A stretch of 60,384 bases of DNA, the filler included. It is 5 parts of 5 records of this genome, joined end to end, with 100 filler letters (N's around TTAATTAATTAA, not from the genome) between each part and the next. Parts side by side here need not be neighbours in the genome. Positions count along the whole stretch, not along the records: positions 24,620 to 37,646 come from DRR378314_731; positions 37,747 to 54,305 come from DRR378314_735; 3 more parts are not named here. The stretch is one strand, 5' to 3'. Both the position numbers and the translations under genes were made by a program. The notes beneath the pieces were generated by a model. The model ran no database searches, was not told where the DNA came from, and saw only the letters and a list, made by a program, of their open reading frames with translations. Shown here piece by piece: positions 25,850-38,318 of this stretch (the stretch's first letter is position 1; every line of letters starts with the position of its first letter).

Positions 25850-28800
25850 ATTGGACAGAAATGGGTTACAGCAGCGCGAACACTTCTCAACGGCGAAACT
25901 GATTCTGCTTACAATCTGCATGGCGGGAACGCAGTTCGCCTGGGCTGCCCAGGTGCGCAAGCGGACGCCGTGCCGCGTCCGACTGCCCAGCTCCGCAATG
26001 CGATCGCACTCCTGAGCTGGGCCTTACGCGGAATTTATGACGAATTTGTGATGATATGTATCGCGTTTTCTGCGTGTGTTACTTTTTGTAGAATGGAATG
26101 GCGACAAAGACGTTTCGAGAGGCTGGCATGAAGTCATCCGTGGTGTCCCTAGCGTTTCTTGCGGGGCCGATTTCCGGCATTATTGTGCAGCCCATCGTTG
26201 GTACGTTGCATCCGCTGCGCGATAAGAGCAAGAAAGCGATATTCCTGACGGTGTTGCTCACAACATATGCTATGATTGGAGAAACTGTGAAAATGACCGC
26301 TGTAAGGTGCATCTGACGGATAGAAATTCGTAAACAGGCACGGTGTAATCCTTATTGCAACGCCTTGGTTCGTTTGTCCAGGTGCCTGGAGCGACAACAT
26401 CCAAACGCGACTTGGCAGGCGCCGCCCGTTCTTGATCGCCGGAGCTGTTGCAATCGCGTTTAACATGCTCCTATTTGCATATGGGACGGAGCTAGGTGTA
26501 GCCTGGGGCGATCCTTCTGCCTGTGACGAGAACAAGGTACAATCGGGCGGCGCATATGTTGTTTTGGAGAGGTTCTGGCTCCATCAGCGGCACAGGAGAA
26601 CACTGAGAGCAAAGGAAAGTACTGTTGCGCGCTGCCGTCCTTGGGGCTACGCCTGCCCGCCCTCTGGCGCAGCGTTTGTCCACCTAACTTTCCTGCAACG
26701 GTCCGTTGTAACTCGCTGTAGTCGTCTGTCAAAGAAGGGCAGTGCCCGCGGTCGCTTGGAGTTCTTGTCGTTGCCTTTTGGCTCTTGGATTTCGCGCTGA
26801 ATGCCGTGCAAGGGCCGGCGCGTGCTCTTTTAGCCGATGTTCTACCTCCCGACCAACACGAGGTCGGCAACGCATGGTGCGCTCACTGATGGTGCCTACA
26901 GCTGCCCGGCTGTCGCTTTCGATGCACCCAGCACCTCGCTGCATCTCCGCGAAACCCTCACCGCCTGACGTTCGCGGGAAGCCCATCCCATTGCCTGTGG
27001 AAACCCAGCACCGCACACACGCTGCTCCGTTCGTCTAATGCAAGTTTTTCTTGAAAAATATATTTTTTGATGATTTCATGCGTTCCGCTTGCGCCGCTGG
27101 ACAGGTTTGCGTTCATGATATCGATTGGGAACTTAGTAGGCTACGGGCTTGGCTCGGTGGACCTCACGGACTATCTTTCGTTCTTCGTGACGAATCTGCG
27201 CGCCCTCTACATCGTGTGTGGTGCTGCGTGCGTCGGGTGTGTGATTCTCACTTCCGTTACAATTCACGAGCCCGTCTTTGTTCCCCAGAGCACATCAGTG
27301 CCGCGAGTTAGAGGTACGAAATCGTACACGCTTTGCCGCAGCGAGCGGAAATGCGGGCAAAACGCAATGTGTGTATGGTTGTCCAATCTCACAGGCACGT
27401 GCCGCGTTCCTTTCTGCGCGGCGGGCTCCCTTCGACAGTATACGGCGTGGTCCAGCGCTGGACTTTTTCAAGAAAACAAGCATACCGATGCTCGCATCAT
27501 TGTCAGGGGTTTGATGTGTTGCTATTATAAAGTATTTTTCGTTCGAATCTCCTTCCGCAAAGGAGCCTGTGGTGGGCATGCACCTGTGGACGTGCGATCC
27601 AGATGCTTCGCCCGTTGCCGTCTTGTTTTCCGCCAACTCTCCCATTATATGTGCCTCCTTTCCTCTCCGGTTCACAGGCGTTGCAGTATTAAAGAAACTG
27701 CCCCGATCGTTTGTACAATCGCCCAAGATTCTGAAGCGATGCTTTGCTGTGCAGTGCACAACATGGTTCGCGTTCTTTATGACATTCATCTATTACGCAG
27801 CCTTTGTCGGCGAAAGCGTGTACGGCGGGATTGCGTCCGATGGTGCGACCAATACCATAATCTATTGCACGGCATATCCATTCGGTGATTCGCTGCTAGC
27901 CACTGTTTGGATGCGCATTGACCTGGCACGTACGAAGCACGACGTTTGTCGTCGAAGAGTGTGGCGTGGACCTCTTTGTAGACCGACGCACCGTTGCTGT
28001 TTTTACGTATAGTACTTTGGCTCTATCTGAGCGTTGCCGGTTAGCAGTGTGTACACCAGATTGGGAAATCGATCTTCGATTGCGATATTGCGCTCGATGC
28101 AATGCAGCGTAATCTGCTGTTCGTTTCCTCGTGAGCTTCCGAGCCGTTTTCTCGAACAAGAGATCGTTGCTGCCGCCAGCGTTTCAGCCACGCCCCCATG
28201 TGGATGAATTGCTGAGGACTAAAGTATTGTTCTCACTCGCTACGAATTTCCCTTTATCCGACCATGTTACAAAGGAACTGCGCGGGAGAAAGATATTTTC
28301 AACGAAGGCGTCCGCCTGGCCAATCTGGGACTCGCGATCCAGTCGGCCGTTGCCGCCCTGTACTCCTTCTCCCTGTTCGGTGTCCGCTCGCTAGTAGTGC
28401 AAATGATTGACTGGCTTGGTTCTCGCCGAGTATATGTACTTTCACAGGTTGTCCAGGTAAGCCATGTTCAGTGTAGCCCTTTCATGTGTGCGTGTGTATC
28501 GTGTGCCTTACAATTGCGCAGCACGTTCTTTCTTCTTGTTTGTATGCGTTGGCATGTACTTTTTTTGTCTTGCATGCGCGAGACTCGACGACGCTGGTAC
28601 CGCTGCCGCGCCAAGGACACTGTGCTCATGTGGGGAGAAAGCATCAGTGCAGTGCTCTCTTGCGCTGCTCCGACTTATTGTTCGATAGCTTGCGAAATGA
28701 TACTATGCGAAGCGTTGTGCATGCAGTGGATTTCCTTGGTAGAACATACCTGCCGCATTTGTGCCGCTATTGGACAGCATAGTCGTGACGACGCGTGCGG

Positions 28801-29787
28801 AGCGCGCGAGCGACCTACCCTTTGTGATCGTGTTCTCACGTGATCTCTATGCCGCCTTTCACTTGTATCTGTAGGGCGTTTCACTCGCTCTGGCACCCGC
28901 GGCAGCAGTTGCATATTACCCTCCCCCGGTTCACGCCCGGATTCTTGCCGTCCTCGTCATTGCTTTGAGTGGGATTACGTGGGCGACAACGATGACCGTC
29001 CCGTGGTCGCTCGTATCACGCGGCGTCGCCGATTCCAAGGTGCGACCGCGCGTCCCTAGCACATTCTTCAAGAGGCGACGTCGTGTACTGCTGAGCGCTA
29101 CAGCTGTCACAGGAGCGCAAGATCCAGCGCGTGTAGTGGATCATTCCTCTTTTGAGAGCTACTCGCTGATGGCAGCGTTTCCGAGAGGAATTCGCTCGTT
29201 GCTACTCTGCAATCGCACGCCAACGTCTGCGAACCCCGTCGCGCTGCTGTCGTGCAGAAATGCAGCCTATCCACATTCACCTCGTATCGAGTACCGTTGT
29301 ATTTACGTCATTTCATCTCGTTCATATTGTTTCTGTTGTTGATGATTGATTCTCTGTGGAGCAGGATAGCGGAATGCTTTTGGCAGTTTTCAATTTGTCT
29401 CAGGTACGTACCGATGAGGCGGGAAGCGATCTGCGCAGCTCCGGAGCTGTAGACCCTCGACGAGCTCTTGCCCCCGCTGCGCAGCGGGGCATCGGCTTCA
29501 TGTGCGAGCTGTTCAATACCAGCTCCTCGCGGCCGCAGGTGCATACATCCGCTCTCTCTTGCCTGTAATTTTTAGATGGTGTTGGTTGTTGTGTTTGCTC
29601 ATTTACGCGTTATTCGCTCGTTCCTGTTGCTCGGTGTACTGTAAAGTGTATCCCAGAGATCTTCGCGTCGCTCCTTGGATCAGCGGTGGTGTCGATATTC
29701 GGCTCCCTTGTATCTCCACTTGTGCTGGCCGGGATCGTAGCGTTTGCTGGTGCTCCGCTGATTGTTTGGCTCCGCGTCGGCGAGTAG
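25850..29787 (+). CDS. Multi-exon eukaryotic SUC/SLC45-type (GPH) sugar transporter; 5' end unresolved
   Basis: GT-AG bounded exons encode GTQFAWAAQ, LAGPISGIIVQPIVG, WSDNIQTRLGRRRPFL, FWLLDFALNAVQGPARALLAD, GESVYGG, GVRLANLGL, TMTVPWSL, AVFNLSQ, IPEIFASL...VGE*. Confidence 0.88.
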
Positions 29788-29901
29788 GTCTTTGTTTGAG
29801 AAACTTTTATTGGTTGATATAGTGTGTATACAAATTGCTCGATCTGCCTTTCTGAATGGGAGGGAAGGAAAGGTGGAGCAGGTTTGCTGAAAGAAATGGC
29901 G

Positions 29902-29927
29902 CTGCTGCTGCTGCTGCTGCTGCTGCT
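29902..29927. repeat. (CTG)n microsatellite, about 9 units
   Basis: Run of ctg triplets read directly. Confidence 0.85.
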
Positions 29928-30467
29928 CGACGGGTACATGCAAGCGACAAATATACTACATGTGCTGATTTTCCTGCCCGTATTCCGCTGCATGCGTTCT
30001 CACGACGCTCTGAAAACACGAACGCTGCGCGTCTTTTCGGCACTGATGTACGTGCATCCCGCAAAGCCGCCGCCCTGGCGTCTCTGTGAAGTTCGAAGTG
30101 GGAAGCGCACACGGTACTCCGCCGTATTCTGCAAACATGCCGCAAAATTACCGCACATGCTGGCTTCTCCGTGCCCTCGAGCCTGCAGTTTTGCGAAGCT
30201 TTGCTTCTCCGAGAGGTGCGCGACATTCATCTCCGTACGCGTTCCTGGTCGCGGCGCGCGTTTGCTGACACCAGGCTGTCCCACGAGGTCATGGGGCTAG
30301 GGGGACAGTACTGATTCCCCCTTCCTCCTCGCACCGTCGCTTGCGCTCGTATAACTAGGGGGTCAGTCACAATTTCCCCCCTGCTCGGCGCGCCGCGTCG
30401 AGCGCTGCCGGCGGTGGGCGCGCTCGCCCTTGCCTCTCTGCTGCGCCGCTCGTGGCGCACGGCGGCG

Positions 30468-33400
30468 ATGGCGATGGCCGCTCGCCGCCCAGGGCGGAAG
30501 CCTGCCGTAAGCTTTCGTGTTCTTCTCTGCGTACCGGTTGTCTTTTGTTTCATTGGACTGCTTGCGACGTCGCTGTTTGTGCATCGCGACCGCACGTTCA
30601 GCCGCCAAGTGCACTCGCCCGGCGCTGCAGTCCAGCGCGGCAGCGCTGACACAGCACCTCTGGCAAAAGTTCACAGTGTCCAAGATGCGCTACGAGTATT
30701 GACACGTCGCTTCGGAGACCTGGAGGTGCGAGGGCATCGGTGTTTCGTGTACATACTTGCATAATGAATGATTGGTTTTTACGCTCCTGGGGAGGCCATA
30801 TCGTGCGAGCGATGTGCGTGTTCCGTACAGGGTTTCTGACCTCGGCCGCTTGCTTCTCTGTGCGTTTGCTGGTGCAGGCGCCGGTAGCTGGACTCCCACG
30901 ATTTCCGCGCTCATTCACGCGGGACGGCATCTTGGCTGCACTCTTGATGGGTGATGTAGACTTATTGGAAAAACAGGTGCGGCGGTTGGCACTTTGGGCC
31001 ACGTGTGCCTGCCATTGGGCTGGAAGACGGCGGACGTCGGCTGCTGCTTCGCTCTTACGGACGCCACGTGTGCGCGTTGTTTTCTTTTTCTTTTCGGTGT
31101 TCCTTCGTGGGCTCAGGTGCTGCTCTGCGCGCAGCAACAGGCGACGCGGAGAGATCCGCGCTCAGGATCGGAGCCAGGAAAGATTCATCACGAGTATCCA
31201 GGTGTTTCGCTCCGGTACGCTACAGGCGAGCCGGCGCAGCTCCCTGATGCTGTGCCCAGCAGCCCCTTTTGCAGCGACGTGATGGCAGTGCCCGCTCGCC
31301 GCCGTGTGCCGTGGCTGCAGGAGCTGCCGCACCTTGCGCTCTCCCGTTTGCTGCTGCCTCGTCGCTCGCGACGTTTCCAGCTACGAAGTCCGACGCGTGC
31401 ATCCTTCCAGCTATCAATGTACTCGTTTGTTGCTCCCCCTCATTATCGACAGCGCTGCCATGTGCATTTTGCGGGAAACAGCTGGAGCCAGGATGCTAGA
31501 GTGCAGGCGAACGTATTGCCCAGCGTACCAAAGCTTTACCATTATTATTTTGTTCGTGCTTTTGTCGCAGCATCGTTCCTGGTAGGACCTTCCTCACTCA
31601 TGCTCTTGTCCTCCACCAGGCGAATCAATCAAAAATTGTTGTTTTTGTTGATAATATTTTTTTGTGCGCTTCTGCTGTGCGATCGCTTTCGCGTGCAGGG
31701 GCCACTCAACCGCTTACAATGCTTTGGATTCCACGGCTCTCTTTGTCATCGGAGCAGTCCGAACGGGTGGCGACGGCGCCGCCGTTCGTCCCAACATTGA
31801 CGCTGCACTGCGGTACATTGAGGACCACGTCGATCATCGTGGACTCTTTGTTGACGATCCCAAGGGATCACGAGCAACGAGTTATGCGCTGCATGTGACT
31901 TACTGGTACGCGCGAGTTTCTCTGCTCGCAGAGCGTTGTGGCGATCTCGGTGCACGCTGCAACCAGCACGACTCGTGGACAGTGTCTGGCCTGCAGAATA
32001 TCAGGAACGAGCGCCTCGTTTGTGTCACTTTCTGTGCTAAGCCATATGATATCATTAGTATTTTGTATTTGGCTAATTCTACGGAGCAATGGACTGCGTA
32101 TGGACATGCAGGAAGGACTCAATTCTTCAGGCGCGGCGCGGGAAGCGAATGCAGAGCGCCCCGGCGTGGCCTGCATGCTTTACGGTGGCGCATATGGCAG
32201 CGCTTCGTGCGGCTGGAGATGTATATTCGCGTGCACTGCTTCGACCGCTTACGAAAAATCCTCTGTCTCAGACGCTAGGAGAGCGTGCGAAACAGCTGTA
32301 CTTGAAATTGCTTCGCGGTGCTCGTTTGCTCCGCGATGACCGTTCGGGAGGGTTTAGCGTTGGATTCGATGCCGAGGGGCGCATCGACGTCGACGTGTCG
32401 TCGGATCCTCTGCACGCGCTCTTCTACCTCCTCCCGTCAGAGCTCGCCGCTATTGCTGCAGAAAAGCCTTTTGATCCTCTTGGCAATGCCCAATCGGTGA
32501 ATGCTGCTACAGATGTAGGAAACCGTTTCGTGGGCGGGCATTCGCGCATCCCTCTTGCCGCATCCGCCGATCGCTCTGGTCTGGCGCGCGACGTTGCGCT
32601 GCGCGCTGCCGAGCACGCTGTTGTACTCGAAACTCCGATCGGGTACCTCACACAGGTAAGTGTGGCCTGTGACCCGCCGTAAAGTTTAATGTAACAGTTC
32701 CACAGATAAATTTTCAATCTTGCAGAACCAAATTTGTGTGCGTTTTTTTGGTTTTACGTACTATGAGGGGAACGAGGTGTTGAAGATCTGCGTTGCGCGG
32801 TGCTTGCGCGTGCGGGAAAGCGCGTCCAGACAAGAAAAGTGCAGACGGTCGCAGGTTCTTCCCATGTCTGACTTACGGCTTTTCGCCCAATATGCAACAA
32901 AACCTAGTAAAATGGCATGTAACTCCCTTATTGCGCCTATTTCATCGCCTTTATTCCGGTTGAAAATGCACCATGGCGTGCGAGGAGTTAGCTCCTGCAG
33001 AGAGCACGGTTTTTTGCTTCTGCGCTGGCGTGTTGTGTCCGCGCAGGTAGATCCTGTGACCACCCAGAAATATGCCCTTGTCTATTTGGGATCTTCCTAA
33101 CGATCATATTCCAATTGTGTGATTTTCAAAATATTCCTTGTGTTCTTTTGGGTGCGTTTGTGTATCGGGCGCACGTTCGCTCTTCGTCCCGGCGCTCGTT
33201 GTGTGCAGAGCGGCGCGCAGGGCTATCACGCGGGGACCATATGGCCTTTTGAGCAAGCAATGCTACACGCGGCGGCAGTTCGGTTCGACATTCCACGCAC
33301 GGAGATGGTTTCAAAACGCATGCAAGATGCACTCAAGGCAACGGTGTCGTTTCCTGAGCTTTATGTCCGCGCGAACGCGACGCTCACAGATCCACAGGTA

Positions 33401-34469
33401 CGTTGCTGTTCTCTCTGCTCTGGAGCGAAATTCCCGCCGAGGCGACGCGCGCGCGGGGCTACTGGCGATTGCCACGCCGCGCAGTATCGTGGTCCATCTG
33501 GCGGGCAGCTTGATAAACACATATCTGTCATAAAGGCTGTTGTTGCTCGATATTTTGTCGCGTGTTCTGCTAGATCGATGACTGGGGTGAACGTGTGCGT
33601 GTTGAAGTGTACGGTTCTCGGGACGGGTCGCGCGTCTACACCTCCGGCGGTCGAGTCCTCGTCGGGCACGCGGGCAGCGGAAAACTTGTATCCTCGACAT
33701 TTGCAGCGCGCGGGTGCCGAGTACAGCTGTGGACTGCTGCCGCTGCGCAGTACTTTGCAGCACCCTCCGCACACGAGCAGTTATATTTGGGAGAGGCGGT
33801 CCGTATGCGAGGAGAGTCTCGAGACTCGCGCGCGCTCGAAGACTGCCGACGGAGACTTGATGCGGGAACGTTTACGTGTGATGGTACGTACAGCTGTGGC
33901 GTAGTAGCAGTTTGCTTTGTATGTCTCCACCGCGTTTTGTCGAGCAAAACGTGCCCAGGCCACTGGAGGAGCGGGGCGCCTTGGCAGCAGTGCGCGAGCG
34001 CTGACCCTCTGCCGCTCGCAGACGCTGACACTGCGCCTTGCGTGGTACCCATTCGACGCGTCCGCTGGGCAGGGAGAAAACTTTCATGCCGCATGGCGAA
34101 CGACGACTACTGCGACTGTCCGAAGAGCGGTATAGATGAACCAAGCAGCTCGGCGTGTGCACAAGGGCGATTTTTCTGCCGGACCAATGGGGAGCGGATC
34201 TGGTCGTCGCGCGTGAATGACGGTACGGACAGGGTGGCGGCGAGCATGGTTACAGGGCGGAACATCACGCGGCGACGTTGGCGCGCGCACTTTTTCTGCC
34301 CTGGTCTGCCTATTGCACACAAGATCTGTCCTTCTCTTCGTTCATGATGCTGATATGTGTCTGTGTGTCCATGTATTCCATCTCGCCAGGTGTGTGCGAC
34401 TGCTGTGATGGCAGCGACGAGTTTCTTGCGCGGACGGTGTGCAAGAGCACGTGCACAGCCGCGCAATAG
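30468..34469 (+). CDS. Multi-exon type II membrane glycosidase: GDE/amylo-alpha-1,6-glucosidase-like domain plus C-terminal glucosidase II beta (PRKCSH-like) Cys-rich domain
   Basis: Exons encode an N-terminal TM, AGLPRFPRSFTRDG, EPGKIHHE, YNALDSTALF, W|KDS, YHAGTIWPF, FPELY, CRVQLWTAA, then NDDYCDC...DEPSSSAC...RVNDG|VCDCCDGSDE. Exon limits approximate. Confidence 0.72.
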
Positions 34470-34760
34470 CTGTACAATAGTGGCGGAGCGGTGCCGAAGA
34501 AGCACGAATGCCTCCGTATGTGCGTCACGGCGTACGGTTGTGTCTCATTGCGACGCGTAGAAGCGCATCTCTTTTCTATTTCATTCTACTCGTTTGGCCG
34601 GAAGAGGGCCGGGATGGGAACCTCTGAGTAGCGACGCCCATGTTGCGAGCACATGGGCCATTGTTGGCGTGCTCTTTCGCTGTGAAATGGCCCAATCCTC
34701 AATAAATGTCAATGATGGGGAGCACTCGATTGCGAAAACGCAAGACATGTATGTTCAGGA

Positions 34761-36080
34761 TTAAGAGTTGACATTAAATTTGTGCGCGCATTTGGGGCAC
34801 TCGTAGAACACAGTCTGCCCTTCATCGGCAGACCGCAGCTGTCGAGTGTAGAATAGCAGTCGCGGGTTGTGGCATTTCGGGCACTCTTCATCGATCTGCA
34901 CACCACCATGCAAATAGAATTTACCAACGGCGTTAGAGAACTCTGCGTATTCTTGAATTGAGAAGAAAAATTGAAAAGGGAATGGCAATGGCGCAACGTT
35001 TCCCAAGCGCGAAATCTGATCGCAGCACACTGCATGGCAATAGCGTGCTGGCGCGGCACTCTCAGAAAATCCATCCTTCGACAGCCCCAAGGCACCCGCC
35101 GCAACCAAATTGCCCATCGTTCTACACATAGGGACACCATAGCACTACATGTGAGTTCTATGCATCCTAAGCGGTTTCGCGCCAGCGGATTGAGGTGCGT
35201 GCTACGATGGTCGATGCGCCGCAGGCAAACATCGTGAGCAGACGCCTTGTTCGTCCGCTTCCGGCGAGCTCTTCGTGCTCCCGTGGCGATTCCGGCAAGG
35301 ACGATCCCACGCCTCAAATTCTCCAGGCTTTTCCTTGCGCAATGTTGTAGAGTCAATCTCGTTCGCTACGAAAAGGAAGAAGCTGGTAAAATACGCTCCG
35401 CGGTGTAGGCAAATGAGAGAGCAGAATCAATCCACCCAGAACGGGTGCTCGTACGTACCTCGGCGCGGCTGGGGTCCTTGCCCTTCTCGCCCTCCTCTTC
35501 CGTCGTCTCTATAACCGGGGTATTTCGCGTTACCACGACAAGTTTTTGGGATTCTGATGTTGACAGCACATGAAATGGTCACGTAGTACTTCAATGCATG
35601 AGTGGAATACGCTCATATCAGATAAATACGGATAGACGGTGCTTCGCAGGTGCAGTTCCCGAAACGCAACGAAAGGACCGCACCGCCACCGTGCGCAAGG
35701 ACTGCCCGCGCGCGCCCGGTGGAGGCTTCCCATGCACGCCGCGCGTATCGCATCCGTAGCCGCACCTTCGAACCGTTGCACAAATCCGCATCTCGGACAG
35801 TTTGAATCACCAGTTGTCTGAAACCGAAGAGGAGCAGAAGCACCCGTACGAGAGGCTGTGAGTCGTGCTGGCGAGCGCAGCGGCACTAGCAACGGGAGCC
35901 GGCGGCTCGCCTTGTGGAGCGCCAGCACGTGCTCTGCGACGTGCACAGGCCCTGTGATCACGGCCAACACACCTCCGACGGAAGGTCGAGCAACGTTCCA
36001 CATTTGGGACAAAAGAGTGTTTCAGCAGCTTGAGATGCGGTCGCGCTGGCATACACGCCGGACAGCGGATTGAAAGGCAT
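34761..36080 (-). CDS. RPA12: Multi-exon RNA polymerase I subunit RPA12
   Basis: Exons encode FCPKCGTLLDLP, CPRCG and IDEECPKC...TRQLRSADEGQTVFYECPKC; SADEG (not SADEP) indicates RPA12. Confidence 0.9.
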
Positions 36081-37646
36081 CCTTCCGTGGAAGAATTGGT
36101 AACCGAAGCCTCGCCAGCAGGACGGGGGCGAGCAGCGAAGACCCTGTCGCTGGAGGAGCGCGCACACCCGGACAGCGCTATGTACGGATAAGCGAATGAA
36201 CTTTCTCGACGTGTAGCGCGCGTAAATCTTTGCGCAAACAAAGGCGTGCAAGAAAGGAAACAAGGACGAGTCGTACCAGATTGGAGGATGACGAAGCAGA
36301 GACTCCCTACGACGATGCCGGCCGCTGGCGGATCGTACCCGCAACGACGCGTTTGTGCCTTTGCTTTCCTGCCAGCGTTCGTGGTCCACCACGGAAGCGC
36401 GGAGCGCCTCCTCGCGCTTGTTCGCAACCACAGCAGAAGCGAGGCTGTTACTTCAAGTACGATATATCCATGCGACGCGAGAATTGCACAATGTTTGTAT
36501 TCAAATACAGTTTCTCACTGGGGAGAATATATATCCAATACATTGTACAATATGGCGCTCTGATTTGACTCCATCTTAACATAACCCCTAGTTATGTGAT
36601 TCATAAATGGAGTTGTGCTAATGCCGTGCAATGTGGCTATAGGGCTTCGTATCGGATGTCGAAGCGGCGCTTTGGTGAATCGCGTGCGACTTTGTTTGTC
36701 CTGTGCTGCAGCACCTGCACGCGCGCAGCGGAGACTCTGGCTCTGCGCTGCGGGCTGGCTTGCTTCCGCAGCAGCTGTGCCCAAGCGCTGGCCACGCACC
36801 TTCGAGTACCCTCCGCTTCGCTGGTGTTGGGAACCTGAGCGTCCGTAAGATGCATCGGAGAGGACAGAGCGGAACCTCTTTGCTCTCGCATGTCGAGCGC
36901 GCGCTGCGAGATCGGTGCGTATTGGGCATCGGCGCGTTGCAACTGTGCGCTTTTCTTTTTTCCCCCCGCCTGACAACGACGGAGAGCGCTGGCGCGCACG
37001 CGCAGCACCACCCTGAACGCCGGGCGCGCCGCGGTCCAGCACACGTACGCTGTTTTCCATACGTGAAAACTGCAGCGCATCGTGCGCCAAATGCGCGCCA
37101 TGGGCTCACCAGGACAAGGCACGAATATATACAGACTGGATAGATTGAAATGAGTACCCCGCCCGCGCATGCGCGCATAGCTGACGCGCCTATTTGAGCG
37201 TTGCTGGCGGCGCCAGGCGCGCATCGGCCATGTCGTTGTTGCCTGCGAGCCCGAGCACGAAGCGAGGCTGCGTCGGCTTTGAGCGCTGACCTTGCTCGGT
37301 GGCCAGCGCGATGGTCTTCCGCGCAGCGTTGCACTTGAGTTTCCTTTTCGCGCTCTGTGTGATTCTTTGCACTATCGTAGCTCCTATAACTGGCCATTTG
37401 TATATGACTGTATGATGATGGTACCCGGGTATTCGGCTGCCTGAACGTCGATTTGCTGCGGGCTCGGCTTCGCGCAAGCCTGCGCATGCGTACCGTGCGG
37501 GGTAACTCTGCGCGTCCCGTCTGCGCCATGCACAGTGCTGCCGCCTACGCCGCCGCCGCCAGCTGACACAGCATAGAGGGCGTCTTGGCTCTTGCTTTCC
37601 GTGTGCAAAGCTGTGCTTTTTGGCACTGTAGTCATCACGATGATAG

Positions 37647-37746
37647 NNNNNNNNNNNNNNNNNNNNNNNNNNNNNNNNNNNNNNNNNNNNTTAATTAATT
37701 AANNNNNNNNNNNNNNNNNNNNNNNNNNNNNNNNNNNNNNNNNNNN
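37647..37746. other. Artificial contig linker
   Basis: N-run + TTAATTAATTAA + N-run. Confidence 0.98.
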
Positions 37747-38318
37747 GCTGCTGTTCGCAAACGCGTTCGCAGGACAAGACGCGCTCGTCCCGTTGCAGTG
37801 CTCGGCAACATCGCAGTCGCCCGATGCCGCACGACACACGACGCTGCTGTTTGCAAACGCGTCCGCCGGACACGCCGCACTTGTCCCATTGCAGTAATCG
37901 GTCACATCGCAGACACCGTTTGCTGTGCGACACGCCACGCTGCTGTTCTGAAACGCGTCCGCCGGACATGGAGCACTTGATCCAGTGCAAAACTCTGCTA
38001 CGTCGCAAACTCCAGCGACAGGCCGGCATACAGTAGAGCTGAGTTTGAACCGATCGGGAGGACAAGCAGCGCTTGTCCCATTGCACACTTCAGCAATGTC
38101 GCAGTCGCCCGCAGCAGCTCGGCAGACGGTGCCGTTTGCAGCCACTTCGTCCGCAGGACACTCGGTGGAAGTCCCATTGCAGTACTCGGCTGCATCGCAC
38201 CCTGACACTGCTGCGCGGCACAGCGTACCGGCAGGCGCCGGTGCACGCGCTGGGCACGCGGGCGATGTGCCGTTGCACATGGACGCACTCTCGCACCCGA
38301 TGCCTGCAAGACACTGCA
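37747..38318 (-). repeat. Coding tandem repeat, 96-bp (32-aa) disintegrin C-half units, six or more copies
   Basis: gctgctgtt recurs at 37747, 37843 and 37939; unit CRAAxGxCDVAExCNGTSAxCPADAFxNSSV; the array runs off the contig end. Confidence 0.9.

Noticed and set aside
29824-30300. ORF with poly-Leu signal-like stretch
   Set aside because: The Leu run comes from the CTG microsatellite in intergenic or UTR sequence.
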